Shown: positions 9,498 to 20,353, counted from the first letter of the stretch. The stretch is DNA of 64,000 nt from Escherichia coli (GCF_050920415.1 NZ_CP169309.1), one strand, 5' to 3'. The notes: a model not told the origin generated them from the letters alone. Numbers and translations: made by a program.

Positions 9498-10612
9498 CAG
9501 ATCACCTCCAGGTCGGCATCCAGCGCGCCCGCTTCATGCAGCGCCTGCAAAATCGACATAATGTCGTCCGGCGTTGCGCCTAAACTGTTCAGCGCATTGA
9601 CCAACGTTTTCAGGCTGCTCGATTCCGGCAAACTCACCACGCCCGGACGGGCATGATTCACCGCGATATTGCTCTGCGGCGTCACCGCCGTGCGCCCGCC
9701 AGCAAAGGCATTCGGCTGGCTGACGTTGCTGGTTTCGTTAATTGAGACGGTCAGGCTGCCGTGCGACACCGCCGCCGCGTGCAGCGCGATGCCATCGCCC
9801 ATCACCACCGTACCGGTACGCGAGTTAAACACCACGCGGGCGCGGATTTTCTCCGCCTGTACCTGCACATCATCCAGTTGCGACATAAACGCCACCCGCG
9901 CGCCGGGGCTGGTGGGCGCACGCACGGTGACGTTGGTGGAACTCTGCGCCGTGGCAATGCCGCCAAACGAGGCGTTGATCGCCGCCGCAATGTTGTTGGC
10001 GTCTTTAAACGACGGACGTTTCAGGTTAAGCGTGATGGTGTCGCCCATCTGAAAATCGCTGGGAATTTCGCGCTCCACCGTCGCGCCATTGGGGATTAAT
10101 CCGGCGGTCGGCGTATTAACCGTTACGCTCGAGCCGCTGGCCCCGGTGGCGTTCATCCCGCCCACCACCACGCTGCCCTGCGCCAGGGCATACACTTCGC
10201 CATCTGCGCCGTGCAACTGGGTCAGCAGCAAGGTGCCGCCGCGAATACTTTTGGCATCGCCAATCGACGAGACGGTGACATCAATGGTCTGCCCGCGCGA
10301 GTACATCGGCGGCAACGTGGCACTCACCGCCACCGCGGCGACGTTTTTCACCTTCGGGTCGATTTTATTTGGCAACTGCACGCCAAACTGGCGCAGCATA
10401 TTGGTGATGGTCTGGTTGGTGAATTTGACCTGGTTTTTATCGCCCGTACCGTCGAGGCCGACCACCAGGCTGTAGCCGACCAGTTGGTTTTCACGCACGC
10501 CCTGTACGTTGACCAGCGACTCCAGCGATTGCGCCAGCGCCACGCCGGGTAGCGCCAGGGTTACGGCTACCATCACCGTTTTTATCCAGTTTTGCATTGC
10601 ACTCTCCGGCAT
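9497..10612 (-). CDS. lfgI: Flagellar P-ring protein FlgI-like
   Basis: 371 aa with signal peptide (…[14 protein letters not shown]…); start ATG overlaps the flgH stop (TAATG coupling). Confidence 0.9.
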   Translation of the reverse strand: MPESAMQNWIKTVMVAVTLALPGVALAQSLESLVNVQGVRENQLVGYSLVVGLDGTGDKNQVKFTNQTITNMLRQFGVQLPNKIDPKVKNVAAVAVSATLPPMYSRGQTIDVTVSSIGDAKSIRGGTLLLTQLHGADGEVYALAQGSVVVGGMNATGASGSSVTVNTPTAGLIPNGATVEREIPSDFQMGDTITLNLKRPSFKDANNIAAAINASFGGIATAQSSTNVTVRAPTSPGARVAFMSQLDDVQVQAEKIRARVVFNSRTGTVVMGDGIALHAAAVSHGSLTVSINETSNVSQPNAFAGGRTAVTPQSNIAVNHARPGVVSLPESSSLKTLVNALNSLGATPDDIMSILQALHEAGALDADLEVI

Positions 10613-11277
10613 TAAATCGGGAACAGAGGATGGTTAAACAGCCGGGTCAGCCAGCCTGCGGCGTTGGCGTCACTTAACGCGCCACGTCCGGCATAGGAGA
10701 TACGGGCATCGGCGATCCGCTGGGAAGAAACCGAGTTGTCATTCTGGATATCGTCGGCGCGCACCAGGCCGCTTAAGCGGATGTACTCATCGCCCTGATT
10801 GAGGGTGAGCCATTTCTCGCCGCGAATTTCCAGGATGCCGTTGGGCTGCACCGCATGAACGGAAACGGTGATCTCCCCGCGCAGGCTGTTCTGCTGCTGG
10901 GAGGTGGCGCTGCCGTCAAAGTCGCGGTTGGCGTCGATGGAGCCGGAAAGGTTATTTTTGGTGTGACCAAATACCGTTGGCGCGGTAATATCGACGCTGT
11001 TGCTTTTGCCAAAGTTGGTTTTCGCCTGTTTGCTCGACTGGGTGGATTCTTCGAGGATCACTGTCAGAATATCGCCCACGCGGTAAGCCCGCCGATCGGC
11101 GGTTAGCGACCAGTTGTAGCCCGTTTCAAACAAGCCCCCGGCACGCCCGTCTGCCGGAGGCGGCGCTTCGGTTTTCGGTGGCGCAAAGTATGCGTCGTCT
11201 TTTTTGACCAGAATGGCCTGCGATTCACACCCGCTAAGCAGGGGAAGCAGCGCCACCAGCCAGAGATAATTTTTCAC
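10612..11277 (-). CDS. lfgH: Flagellar L-ring lipoprotein FlgH-like
   Basis: 221 aa; lipoprotein signal [17 protein letters not shown]; conserved FlgH core (…[13 protein letters not shown]…). Confidence 0.9.
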   Translation of the reverse strand: MKNYLWLVALLPLLSGCESQAILVKKDDAYFAPPKTEAPPPADGRAGGLFETGYNWSLTADRRAYRVGDILTVILEESTQSSKQAKTNFGKSNSVDITAPTVFGHTKNNLSGSIDANRDFDGSATSQQQNSLRGEITVSVHAVQPNGILEIRGEKWLTLNQGDEYIRLSGLVRADDIQNDNSVSSQRIADARISYAGRGALSDANAAGWLTRLFNHPLFPI

Positions 11278-11345
11278 GTTCTGCCTGTTTAGTGTTGCAG
11301 GCCACGGGGGTGGCCGGTTGTTTGGTGGGTGCGGAGCTGTTTGTT

Positions 11346-11470
11346 CCCCCTCACCCTAACCCTCTCCCTCAAGGGAGAGGGGACTGACCTGTGCGCGTTG
11401 TTACATTGTGCACCGCTTTTCTCCCTCTCCCTGTGGGAGAGGGCCGGGGTGAGGGCATCAGGCCGCACCG
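11346..11470 (+). repeat. Copy B of the composite palindromic intergenic repeat
   Basis: ccccctcaccctaaccctctccctcaagggagagggg … ttttctccctctccctgtgggagagggccggggtgagggc; lies between the flgH start and flgG stop. Confidence 0.8.
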
Positions 11471-11481
11471 CCCTTAACGCC

Positions 11482-12267
11482 TTACAGCGTCTGACTGATG
11501 TACTGCAACATATCGTCCGCCGCCGAAACCATTTTGGCGTTCATCTCGTACGCGCGTTGCACCGTAATCATCGCCACCATTTCGTTGACGATATCCACGT
11601 TCGAGCCTTCGAGCGCATTGTCCTGCAAGGTGCCAAGCCCATCTTCGCCCGGTACGCCTTCGGTCGGCTGACCGCTGGCGGCGGTTTCCAGATAGAGGTT
11701 GTCGCCCTCGGCGGAAAGCCCCGCCGGGTTGGCGAAGTTCACCAGCGTCAGTTGCCCTAACTCGGTCACGTCGCTGTCGCCGGGTAAGATAGCCGTCACC
11801 GTACCGTCCTCACCAAACGCAACATTCGTCGCCCCCGCCGGAACGTCGATTTCCGGCTGCAATGGCAAGCCCTGCGAGTTGGTTAGCACGCCGTCGGCAT
11901 TCACCTGCAAATTGCCGTCGCGGGTATAGGCGATATCGCCGTTGGCCTTTTGCACCTGCAAAAACCCCTGCCCCATAATGGCGACATTCATCGCGTTGTC
12001 GGTGGTTTCGACGTTGCCTTCGGTAAAGGTTTTCTGAGTGCCGACAATGCGCACGCCGCTACCGAATTGCAGCCCGGTCGGCATGATGTTGTTCTGGTCG
12101 AGCATCGCGCCCGGCGCTTCCTGGGTCTGGTAGAACAGATCCTGAAACATCACCCGGTCGCGCTTGAAGCCGGTGGTGTTAACGTTGGCGATGTTGTTGG
12201 CAATCGCGCTCATTTCAGCATCCTGCGCCGAGAGGCCGGTTTTGCTGATCCATAATGCTGCGTTCAT
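11482..12267 (-). CDS. lfgG: Distal rod protein FlgG-like
   Basis: 261 aa; N-terminal …ALWISKTGLSAQDAEMSAIANNIANVNTTGFKRDR… and C-terminal …NVDIVNEMVAMITVQRAYEMNAK… rod-family motifs. Confidence 0.9.
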   Translation of the reverse strand: MNAALWISKTGLSAQDAEMSAIANNIANVNTTGFKRDRVMFQDLFYQTQEAPGAMLDQNNIMPTGLQFGSGVRIVGTQKTFTEGNVETTDNAMNVAIMGQGFLQVQKANGDIAYTRDGNLQVNADGVLTNSQGLPLQPEIDVPAGATNVAFGEDGTVTAILPGDSDVTELGQLTLVNFANPAGLSAEGDNLYLETAASGQPTEGVPGEDGLGTLQDNALEGSNVDIVNEMVAMITVQRAYEMNAKMVSAADDMLQYISQTL

Positions 12268-12293
12268 GGTGCTTTATTCCCTGATGTCTGTTA

Positions 12294-13031
12294 TCACGAG
12301 CCGCGCAATAAGCGGTTGCCCGCGTCGCTGATATCTTCGGCAGTTTTCATCATCTTGATCTGCGCTTCAAACTGGCGATTCATGGCGATGGACGACATCA
12401 TTTCGCTCACCGCCGAGACGTTGCTGCCTTCGAGAAAACCGCCGCTGACTTTGATGTTTTCATCGCGCTGGGCCGGAATGCCGTCGCTAGTCACCAGCAT
12501 CCCTTCAGGATTTTTCGCCAGGTTAGCGACAGGGATATCCACCAGCTTCAGGCGGTCGATATCCATCGTGGCGGTCACGTCGCCGTCATCGGGCGTCACC
12601 GAGAGCGTGCCGTCGCTGCCAAAAGAGGCGATGGCGTTCGGCGGCAGAATGATCGGGCCGTTATCCCCCAGCACCAGATTGCCGTCGATGGTCAGTTGCC
12701 CCTGATCGTTCTGCTGAATATTGCCGTTGCGGGTATAGACTTCGTTGCCGTTTTTATCCTGCACCGCAATGTAACCCGCCCCCTGAATCGCCACGTCCAG
12801 CGGGCGTTCGGTTTTCTCCGCCACACCCGTGCTGTCGTTCACGCCGCTGGCCCCTTCCTGCGCCATATAGCGCGTGTCGAAGCCGCCACCTTTCACCTTG
12901 TCGTTGGTCGCCATCGCCATATCGGCGCGAAAACCGTTGGTGTTGACGTTCGCCAGGTTGTTGGCGCTAATCTGCTGCTCATACAACGTCTGCGAAGCCC
13001 CGCTCAGGGCGGTATAAATCAGGCGATCCAT
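12294..13031 (-). CDS. lfgF: Proximal rod protein FlgF-like
   Basis: 245 aa; rod-family N- and C-terminal motifs (…NNLANVNTNGFRAD…, …NVSAVSEMMSSIAMNRQFEAQ…). Confidence 0.9.
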   Translation of the reverse strand: MDRLIYTALSGASQTLYEQQISANNLANVNTNGFRADMAMATNDKVKGGGFDTRYMAQEGASGVNDSTGVAEKTERPLDVAIQGAGYIAVQDKNGNEVYTRNGNIQQNDQGQLTIDGNLVLGDNGPIILPPNAIASFGSDGTLSVTPDDGDVTATMDIDRLKLVDIPVANLAKNPEGMLVTSDGIPAQRDENIKVSGGFLEGSNVSAVSEMMSSIAMNRQFEAQIKMMKTAEDISDAGNRLLRGS

Positions 13032-14233
13032 TACATTGCCTGGAACAGCGCGTCATCGAGCTGCGTGCTGGTGGCGATAACTTTGGTGTTGGCCTGATAG
13101 TTACGCTGGGCGGTCATCAGGTTAACCAGTTCGCTGGTGATATCGACGTTAGAGCTCTCAAGCGCTCCCGACGTGAGCGTGCCGCAGGTGCCGGAGCCGG
13201 GAACACCAATCAGTGGCGTGCCGGATTCCCCGGTTTGTACCCACGCGGTGCCGCTTACGGCTTGTAGGCCATCATCGTTAGGGAACGTCGCCAGCACTAC
13301 CTGCCCCTGCAACATGCGCTCGCCGTTGCTGTAGGTGGCGTAAACTTTGCCGTCGTCATCGACCTGCACACCGTTCTGAGTGGCAGAGGCGTAGCCATCG
13401 GCGGCGTTGGTGGTAACCGAGAAGTCAGAGCCGTATTGCGTACAGGTGGAGTAATCGACGGTCAAATCGATGGGCGCGGCGGCGTCGGTCTGAAACTCAA
13501 TGGTCTGCGGGGTGGTGGGCGAAGTCAGTTTTCCGGTATTCGGGTCGAAGGTTAAGGTCGTCGCCGGAACACCGGTCTGCTGCTGACCGTCGAAGGTGTA
13601 CTGCACTTCCCAGGTGTTATCGCTGGTTTTGGTGAAGTACTGGCATACCGAGTGTTCGTTACCTAATGAGTCATACACCGTGGTGGTGTAACTGTCGGTG
13701 TACGAACTGCTGTTGGTCGGATCGAACGGCACGGTAGTGCGGTCGATAGCGTCGTCGCTGGCATCGAGGTTGGCGGTAAAGGTCAGGCTGCTGCTGGCCT
13801 GCGCCGGGATATTGCCGGTTTTGATCTGGATATCCGTCACCGTACCGGTTTGCAAAGTGCCGCTGTCATCGACCGGATAGCCCTGCAAATAAGCGCCCGA
13901 GGCGTTGACGATATAGCCGTCTTTGTCCGTTTCAAACGATCCGGCGCGGGTATAAGAGATGTTGCCCGCGCTGTCGCACATCACAAAAAAGCCGTCGTCG
14001 TTAATCGCCAGATCCAGCGCATTACCGGTGGAGACCAGCGAACCGCCGCGCGAAATACTTTGCGCGGTGCCCGCCACGCTGACGCCCATTGCCTGGCTTC
14101 CGGCATACATGGCTGAAAACTGGGTAGTCATCGACTTATACCCCACCGTTCCGGCGTTAGCGATGTTGTTACTGATCCCGTCCAGCTGTTCGTTAACGGC
14201 ATTCAGCCCCGTTGCGGCAATTTCATAACTCAT
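13031..14233 (-). CDS. lfgE: Flagellar hook protein FlgE-like
   Basis: 400 aa; MSYEIAATGLNAVNEQLDGISNNIANAGTVGYK… and C-terminal …SNVDITSELVNLMTAQRNYQANTKVI…. Confidence 0.9.
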   Translation of the reverse strand: MSYEIAATGLNAVNEQLDGISNNIANAGTVGYKSMTTQFSAMYAGSQAMGVSVAGTAQSISRGGSLVSTGNALDLAINDDGFFVMCDSAGNISYTRAGSFETDKDGYIVNASGAYLQGYPVDDSGTLQTGTVTDIQIKTGNIPAQASSSLTFTANLDASDDAIDRTTVPFDPTNSSSYTDSYTTTVYDSLGNEHSVCQYFTKTSDNTWEVQYTFDGQQQTGVPATTLTFDPNTGKLTSPTTPQTIEFQTDAAAPIDLTVDYSTCTQYGSDFSVTTNAADGYASATQNGVQVDDDGKVYATYSNGERMLQGQVVLATFPNDDGLQAVSGTAWVQTGESGTPLIGVPGSGTCGTLTSGALESSNVDITSELVNLMTAQRNYQANTKVIATSTQLDDALFQAM

Positions 14234-14256
14234 TGTTTCTTCCTGTTAATTGATTC

Positions 14257-14970
14257 TTACGCCACATCACTGTCGGCATCGGGTACGCCAAACTGGCTAA
14301 TCATGGTGAACGGCACTTCGCCCACACCTGCAACGTTGAGCACCGGAGAGCTGCCGTCGAGCGGGATACGTACATCCTCCACTTCGCCGGAGACTTCAAT
14401 CGGTACCTCTTCTTCCCCGGTGTTGGTCACCACCGAAACGTCGTAATCACCCGGCGGGATGCCGTAATCCGCCGGATTAATCGAGAAATCAACCTGGCCT
14501 GGTCCAACCGACGAACTCCCTTCCGGGATCAGCGAGACGGTGTAGTCATCGCCCGCGGCATCGGTAAAGTGGAGTTCGGCGGTGGTACAGGCGTCGTCCA
14601 GTGTGGCGCGACCGTTAATGGTCTGGTCACTCACCTGCAAGGCGGTGGTCTGCACCATAATGTCGTCGCCCACCAGGTTGCCGAGCGCCATCACCTGAAT
14701 GTTGCTCATCAGCACCGCGTTGGTATTGGCCTGCACGCTCATCTCTTCCATCATCGCCACCTGCGCCATCGACGAAAGCTGGTCGATATATTCGGTGGCA
14801 TCGGTCGGGTCGGTCGGGTCCTGGTTTTGGATCTCGGCGACAAACAGCGTCAGAAAGGTATCAACGGGCGAGCTATCGCTGCTGCTTGTCGTGTCGCTGG
14901 CCGCCACAGTGTTGCTTTCCGCCGTGGCGGTCGGCTGCGGTGATTGCGCATTCAGCGCCAGGGTATTCAT
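14257..14970 (-). CDS. lfgD: Hook capping/assembly protein FlgD-like
   Basis: 237 aa; N-terminal …DTFLTLFVAEIQNQDPTDP… FlgD motif. Confidence 0.85.
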   Translation of the reverse strand: MNTLALNAQSPQPTATAESNTVAASDTTSSSDSSPVDTFLTLFVAEIQNQDPTDPTDATEYIDQLSSMAQVAMMEEMSVQANTNAVLMSNIQVMALGNLVGDDIMVQTTALQVSDQTINGRATLDDACTTAELHFTDAAGDDYTVSLIPEGSSSVGPGQVDFSINPADYGIPPGDYDVSVVTNTGEEEVPIEVSGEVEDVRIPLDGSSPVLNVAGVGEVPFTMISQFGVPDADSDVA

Positions 14971-15401
14971 CAGGCTTCTCCCAGTTTCAGCAGGCTTTGC
15001 TGCATACTTTTCACGTTGTTGAGCACATCGACGTTAGTTTCAAAATCGCGCGAAGCCGACATCATGTCCGCCATCTGTTCCACCACGTTGACATCGGGAT
15101 ACCAGACATCACCGTTGGCATCCGCCAGCGGCGAATGCGGTTCATAGCGTTTCACCGCCCCGCCGGTTTGCAGCACGTCCTGCACCTGCACGCTGGCACC
15201 GTCAATGGCATGGCGATGCGTTCCCGCCAGCAAGCTGTGGTGATAGACCGCCGCAAACACCGGGCTGCGCGCTTTATACGCCTGCGCCTCGCTGCCAGCG
15301 GGCGCATTGGCATTTGCCAGGTTACTGGCAACGGTATTCAGACGTAGCGTTTGCGCCGTCATCGCCGAGCCGGAAATCTGATAGATATCAGTAAATGACA
15401 T
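14970..15401 (-). CDS. lfgC: Proximal rod protein FlgC-like
   Basis: 143 aa; …LRLNTVASNLANANAP… and …NVDVLNNVKSMQQSLLKL…; reading frame intact. Confidence 0.9.
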   Translation of the reverse strand: MSFTDIYQISGSAMTAQTLRLNTVASNLANANAPAGSEAQAYKARSPVFAAVYHHSLLAGTHRHAIDGASVQVQDVLQTGGAVKRYEPHSPLADANGDVWYPDVNVVEQMADMMSASRDFETNVDVLNNVKSMQQSLLKLGEA

Positions 15402-15403
15402 GC

Positions 15404-15769
15404 TTATTTCCCTTCAATGGCCTCTCTGATGCCGCTGATTTGCAGATTCAGAAAGGTCAGACTGCTTTGATAATCCATACTATTTTGTGAAAACCGCGCC
15501 TGTTCGCTGTTCAGTTCCACGGTGTTACCATCTTCCGATGGCTGCATCGGTACGCGATACTGGACATCCACCGCCGCGTTATTTGCCCGTTGCATCTCCC
15601 TGGCAAAATCAATATCTTTAGCCTTGAAATTTGGCGTATCGACATTCGCCAGATTCGCAGTCAGTAGCTCGGTCCTCTCAAGACGTAACTTCACTGCCTG
15701 CGGATGTACTCCCAATGCTTGTTGAAAACTGATCCCCATTTCTTGCGCCACTCCCGCTTCAATCCGCAT
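15404..15769 (-). CDS. lfgB: Proximal rod protein FlgB-like
   Basis: …RTELLTANLANVDTPNFKAKDIDF… FlgB motif. Start uncertain: the longest ORF begins at 15769; an internal ATG at 15739 has a GGGAG upstream. Confidence 0.8.
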   Translation of the reverse strand: MRIEAGVAQEMGISFQQALGVHPQAVKLRLERTELLTANLANVDTPNFKAKDIDFAREMQRANNAAVDVQYRVPMQPSEDGNTVELNSEQARFSQNSMDYQSSLTFLNLQISGIREAIEGK

Positions 15770-15799
15770 ACGCTAAGCAATCGCTGTGCCAATTTTTAA

Positions 15800-16558
15800 G
15801 TGACTGATGAGAAAGGGTTTATGAGGTTTCAATTTTGCAGGCGGAAGTTGTATTTCCTCCTGGCGCTGGCCTTACCGGGCTACGCCGCCGTCCATCCCGT
15901 GCAACATAGCGCGCGGGAACAAATCAACGCCCAGGTGCTGAATGCCGCGAGCCAGCAGATTGAATCGCTGGCGCAACAGCGGCAGTGGCATGACTATCGC
16001 TACACCTTTAAGGTCTACATTCCCTCGCAGATTGCGACCGCCGCGCCCTGCGCTACGGCCCCCGGCGTCACGCTGACGTCGCCTGCGGAAATCGCTCTCA
16101 ACCGGATGAACTTCACCGTCAGTTGCCCGCAAAGCTGGCAGATGAACGTTGCGGTGCGCCCGGATGTTCTGGTGCCGGTGGTGATGGCGAAGTCACTGGT
16201 TGCCCGCGATACGCCGCTCACGGCAAATGATGTGGAGCTGAAGCCCTACAACGTCAGCGCCCAGCGGCGGGATGTGCTGATGGATCTCAATGAAGCGATT
16301 GGTTTAAGCAGCAAACATGCCCTGCAACCAGGCAGGCCGCTTACCAAAGAAGAACTGGTTTCGCCAGTGCTGATCGAGCGCGATCAGCCGGTGATGATTG
16401 TTTACCAGAGCGCGGGGATCACCGCCTCGATGCCCGGCGTGGCGCTGAAAAATGGTCGCAAAGGGGAAATGGTGAAAGTACGTAACGCCAGCAGCCAGCG
16501 GGTCATTAGCGCGATGGTGGCCGAAAGCGGCGTGGTGACAACGGTAAGCGCGGAGTAA
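15800..16558 (+). CDS. lfgA: P-ring assembly chaperone FlgA-like
   Basis: 252 aa with signal peptide (…LLALALPGYAAVHP…), divergent from flgB. Alternative start at 15821. Confidence 0.8.
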   Translation: MTDEKGFMRFQFCRRKLYFLLALALPGYAAVHPVQHSAREQINAQVLNAASQQIESLAQQRQWHDYRYTFKVYIPSQIATAAPCATAPGVTLTSPAEIALNRMNFTVSCPQSWQMNVAVRPDVLVPVVMAKSLVARDTPLTANDVELKPYNVSAQRRDVLMDLNEAIGLSSKHALQPGRPLTKEELVSPVLIERDQPVMIVYQSAGITASMPGVALKNGRKGEMVKVRNASSQRVISAMVAESGVVTTVSAE

Positions 16559-16704
16559 TTTGCTTCGATACCGCGTAGCATATGTATGACTATCTCCCAA
16601 TATTATGACTTTCTGACAAATTTCATCGTGTCTTTTGGATAATTATTGAGCACTCAATCACTACTGTTTAAATATCCAGATGGTAACTATTTCATCTGGG
16701 TCAA

Positions 16705-18171
16705 ATGAGTGATACTGTATCACCAATAAGACCTATGGGGGATGCTATGTCTGAATTTGAATTACTCGTGAAAGATCTTCTTTTAAAATCAGAAGAAGAC
16801 GAGAAAAAGCGACAAGAAAAAGATCGAGAATTAATTTCAAAGGTCCTTGAAATCTATGATCAAAAATATGTTGCAGAACTCTTACGAAAACTAGGAAAAA
16901 ATGAATGGAGCAGAGAAACACTTAACCGTTGGATAAATGGTAAGTGCAATCCTAAGCAATTAACTTCTGCGGAGGAAACTTTACTCCGCAAGATGCTTCC
17001 AGAACCTCCTGAACATCATCCTAACTACACATTTCGTTTTATTGATTTATTCGCAGGGATTGGTGGTATTCGTAAAGGTTTCGAAAACATTGGTGGACAG
17101 TGTGTTTTTACCAGCGAATGGAATAAAGAAGCGGTAAGAACCTACAAAGCTAATTGGTTTAATGATGAACTAAATCATAAATTTAATCTTGATATACGAG
17201 AAGTCACTTTAAGTGATAGAGATGATGTTTCCGAAGTAGAAGCCTATAATCATATAGACAAAAATATTCCAGATCATGATGTCCTTCTGGCCGGTTTTCC
17301 ATGTCAGCCCTTTAGTCTGGCTGGGGTAAGCAAGAAAAACTCTCTGGGGCGTGCACATGGTTTTGAATGTGAGGCACAAGGAACACTATTTTTTGATGTC
17401 GCTCGGATTATTAAATCAAAAAAACCAGCTATTTTTGTGCTTGAGAATGTGAAAAACCTTAAAAGTCATGATAAAGGTAAGACTTTTAAAGTCATCATGG
17501 AAACACTCGATGAATTAGGATATGAAGTCGCCGATGCTGGTGTTACTGGCTCAGATGATCCCAAAATTATAGATGGAAAACATTTTTTACCCCAACATCG
17601 TGAGCGTATAGTGTTGGTAGGATTTCGTAGAGATCTGAATATTCACAAGGATTTCACGTTACGAAACATTAACCGCTTTTACCCTCAAAACAGGCCAACA
17701 TTTGGTGAATTATTAGATCATGATGTTGACGATAAATATATTTTGACTCCAAGGTTATGGGAATATCTTTACAATTATGCAAAAAAACATGCAGCAAAAG
17801 GCAATGGGTTTGGTTTTGGTTTAGTGGATCCTAAAAATCCAGATAGTATCGCAAGGACTCTGTCTGCTCGTTATCATAAAGATGGCTCTGAAATATTGAT
17901 TGATCGTGGCTGGGATAAGGCTGTCGGTGAAATTGACTTTAGTAATCCAGCGAATCAAGAGCATCGTCCAAGAAGACTGACACCTCACGAATGTGCCAGG
18001 CTAATGGGTTTTGAAAAACCAGGGGGAAGACCTTTTAGAATACCTGTATCGGATACACAAGCCTATAGACAATTTGGGAACTCAGTTGTTGTTCCAGTAT
18101 TTGAAGCTGTAGCAAGATTACTAGAACCATATATACAAAAGGCAGTCAATATGCATATTATTAACGATTAA
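16705..18171 (+). CDS. DNA (cytosine-5)-methyltransferase, Dcm/M.EcoRII-like (predicted CCWGG specificity)
   Basis: C5-MTase motifs read directly: [11 protein letters not shown] (motif I), [11 protein letters not shown] (motif IV), ENVKNL (motif VI), [10 protein letters not shown] (motif X). Overall layout closely parallels E. coli Dcm as I recall it. AT-rich gene. Confidence 0.9.
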   Translation: MSDTVSPIRPMGDAMSEFELLVKDLLLKSEEDEKKRQEKDRELISKVLEIYDQKYVAELLRKLGKNEWSRETLNRWINGKCNPKQLTSAEETLLRKMLPEPPEHHPNYTFRFIDLFAGIGGIRKGFENIGGQCVFTSEWNKEAVRTYKANWFNDELNHKFNLDIREVTLSDRDDVSEVEAYNHIDKNIPDHDVLLAGFPCQPFSLAGVSKKNSLGRAHGFECEAQGTLFFDVARIIKSKKPAIFVLENVKNLKSHDKGKTFKVIMETLDELGYEVADAGVTGSDDPKIIDGKHFLPQHRERIVLVGFRRDLNIHKDFTLRNINRFYPQNRPTFGELLDHDVDDKYILTPRLWEYLYNYAKKHAAKGNGFGFGLVDPKNPDSIARTLSARYHKDGSEILIDRGWDKAVGEIDFSNPANQEHRPRRLTPHECARLMGFEKPGGRPFRIPVSDTQAYRQFGNSVVVPVFEAVARLLEPYIQKAVNMHIIND

Positions 18172-18193
18172 TAATAATTAATTTTCACTATTG

Positions 18194-18216
18194 TGAGGCC
18201 TTTTTATTAAAGGCCT
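18194..18216. terminator. Hairpin between the convergent methyltransferase and endonuclease genes (candidate bidirectional terminator)
   Basis: gaggccttt-ttatt-aaaggcctc: 9-bp perfect stem with 5-nt loop in an AT-rich spacer. Confidence 0.6.
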
Positions 18217-18257
18217 CTAAATATATAATCATGAGTTTTTACAAGTATGTTTTTATA

Positions 18258-19463
18258 TTATACAAAATCTTCATAAAGCGTTATTAACTGTGTAATAAAA
18301 CCATCTAATGTTAATATTTCCTCCCTGATTTCCTCCGGGTATTTTTTATGAAGAGGGGAAGGTACAACCAAGGTGACACCTTCAGCTCTCATTTCGTTAA
18401 ATTGAGCAACAGAGACACCCTCTTGCAAGGTAAACAAATATATCTTGTTGATTTTATTTGCTTCATTAAGCGCCTGTCGCCACCGATCCTTACATGTTGT
18501 TTTTACAGCAAGCATACGGAGTTTTTCTCTTGGAAAGTGATCATCATGGTAAGCTGCCGCTGATGGGAAAAGAAAATCGGGTTTCTTTTTTCCTTCAGTA
18601 ATACATTGAGTAGCAAAATGATGCAGTCCATGCTCAATAAAAATTTGCTCAAGATGTAGCTCCAGTGATTTCCCGGCTCGAGATTTTCTTCTATTACTAA
18701 CAGAGTTAGCCATAGCTATAAAATCATCTACAGAACCAAATCCTTGACGGATGATGTCCAGTACGTGAATTTCTTCAACCATTAGAAAGAGATCATATTC
18801 AATACGGCGGCGTTCTAAAAGTTGGTCATCTGGACTGGTTACGCCTGTTGGGTAATAACCTGCCGCATATTGGATAATATCTAAGCCAGAAGGAAAACTA
18901 TGTTTCCAGCTTTCCGGAATAACATATTCCTTTTGAGAGATTTTTGGCCTTGATGCGAGTACACCAAGTATTTCACTGGCAGGCCCAAACATTAAAGTTC
19001 CTGGAATGATCTCCCCAACAGCTGATTCCAGTACATCCTCTTCTTCTGGGCTTACACAAACCCATACATCAACACTTTTGCTGTCTCTCCCAGGCTCATG
19101 TTCAAACGCAAGCACAGACAAAGCACCTGTATTTTCCGGATCTTGTAGGGGACTGCCAGCCCCCCACCGAGTGATACGTTTTTCATTTCTTGTTTGCCCG
19201 AAATACTTATTATTGTAGTAAATAGCGCGAACCTCACTGTCTACACATTCATGAGAGGAATAAGTTGCGCGCAATAAAACCGAAGGATTTTTTTCTGACG
19301 TATGATCTATAGATGGGAAAAGTTCACCGACGATACCGGAAGGGATATATACCCCCACTTGATGCCCTCCTGTTGCACCAGTGTCGTTTGCTGAAAGACG
19401 TTTGATATAGAGATAATTGTTACCACCGACCTTATCAAGCAGCCAATCTTGTAATCCTGACAT
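18258..19463 (-). CDS. Type II restriction endonuclease, EcoRII-like
   Basis: 401 aa, convergent with the Dcm-like MTase. N-terminal …YIKRLSANDTGATGGHQVGVYIP… and overall length match my recollection of R.EcoRII (~400 aa, two-domain). Not verified by alignment. Confidence 0.75.
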   Translation of the reverse strand: MSGLQDWLLDKVGGNNYLYIKRLSANDTGATGGHQVGVYIPSGIVGELFPSIDHTSEKNPSVLLRATYSSHECVDSEVRAIYYNNKYFGQTRNEKRITRWGAGSPLQDPENTGALSVLAFEHEPGRDSKSVDVWVCVSPEEEDVLESAVGEIIPGTLMFGPASEILGVLASRPKISQKEYVIPESWKHSFPSGLDIIQYAAGYYPTGVTSPDDQLLERRRIEYDLFLMVEEIHVLDIIRQGFGSVDDFIAMANSVSNRRKSRAGKSLELHLEQIFIEHGLHHFATQCITEGKKKPDFLFPSAAAYHDDHFPREKLRMLAVKTTCKDRWRQALNEANKINKIYLFTLQEGVSVAQFNEMRAEGVTLVVPSPLHKKYPEEIREEILTLDGFITQLITLYEDFV

Positions 19464-19633
19464 AAGACATCCTTATTTTTGCATAGTATCCGATTCAGAT
19501 TTTTCCACATATCCATCAGAACGACCAGAACCAACATATCTGAACAAAAAGTAAATATGCGATAACGATTAAAGTTTTGCCGCCTGTTAACCGCTTTACC
19601 GGAGTAACCACCCAATACCGAGACGAGGTTGCG

Positions 19634-19912
19634 ATGAAAATCACCCCGACGATGCCAGGCAATCGCCCGACAGCCACAACGGCAGGCTCCAGCCAGCCGC
19701 GTAAAAGTACGGCGACCACCACCACGACGCTGAGTGCCGACGACATTACCCAGGCGGGATTGCAGTCTGCCCAGCAAACGCTGAACGACCAGCAAGAGAG
19801 CGATATCGACAGCGATAAAGTGGCGCAAATGCAGGCGATGCTGGCGTCCGGCAGCCTGCAAGTGGACACCGAACAGTTAGCCAGCGACATGCTGAGTTTT
19901 TTCCAGAACTAA
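19634..19912 (+). CDS. lfgM: Anti-sigma-28 factor FlgM-like
   Basis: Start at internal Met (MKITPTMPGN…), 92 aa; Thr/Ser-rich N-terminus and C-terminal …MQAMLASGSLQVDTEQLASDM… typical of FlgM. Confidence 0.8.
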   Translation: MKITPTMPGNRPTATTAGSSQPRKSTATTTTTLSADDITQAGLQSAQQTLNDQQESDIDSDKVAQMQAMLASGSLQVDTEQLASDMLSFFQN

Positions 19913-19924
19913 GAGGCCGATGAA

Positions 19925-20353
19925 GTGAGTATCCGGTTACAACAGGTGAAGGCGTTGTTGCAGGGCATTCGTGACGATGACGCGCTGTACGATTCCCTGC
20001 GCGAACTTCTCCAGCGTCAGCGGATCTGCATGATTCGCCGCGCCAGTGAAGAGTTGCTGGCGGTAAACGACGAGATAACGCAGCACTATGAGCAGTTGCA
20101 TGGACATAGCCATCAGCGCCATAGCCTGCTGAAAATGCTCGGTGTTAGCGTCAATCGTGACGGTCTGGCGCAGGTGTTTGCCTGGCTTCCGGCGGTACAA
20201 AAAGCGGCAGCACAACAGTTGTGGCAACGCCTGGAGCAAAAAACGGAACGCTGCAAAGCCTATAACGATAAAAACGGCGAGCTGTTGATTCGTCAGTATG
20301 AATTTATTCAGTCTTTTTTAGGCAGCGAAGCGGATTTTCTGTATCAGGAATAA
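19925..20353 (+). CDS. lfgN: Flagellar chaperone FlgN-like
   Basis: 142 aa helical protein directly downstream of flgM; GTG start; FlgN-like composition and position. Confidence 0.7.
   Translation: MSIRLQQVKALLQGIRDDDALYDSLRELLQRQRICMIRRASEELLAVNDEITQHYEQLHGHSHQRHSLLKMLGVSVNRDGLAQVFAWLPAVQKAAAQQLWQRLEQKTERCKAYNDKNGELLIRQYEFIQSFLGSEADFLYQE

Noticed and set aside
19555-19600. Sigma-28 class 3 promoter upstream of flgM (TAAAGTTT at 19570-19577).
   Set aside because: The -35-like octamer is present but no acceptable GCCGATAA -10 follows at the right spacing; the only GCGATAA-like sequence lies upstream of it. Left uncalled pending a matrix scan.
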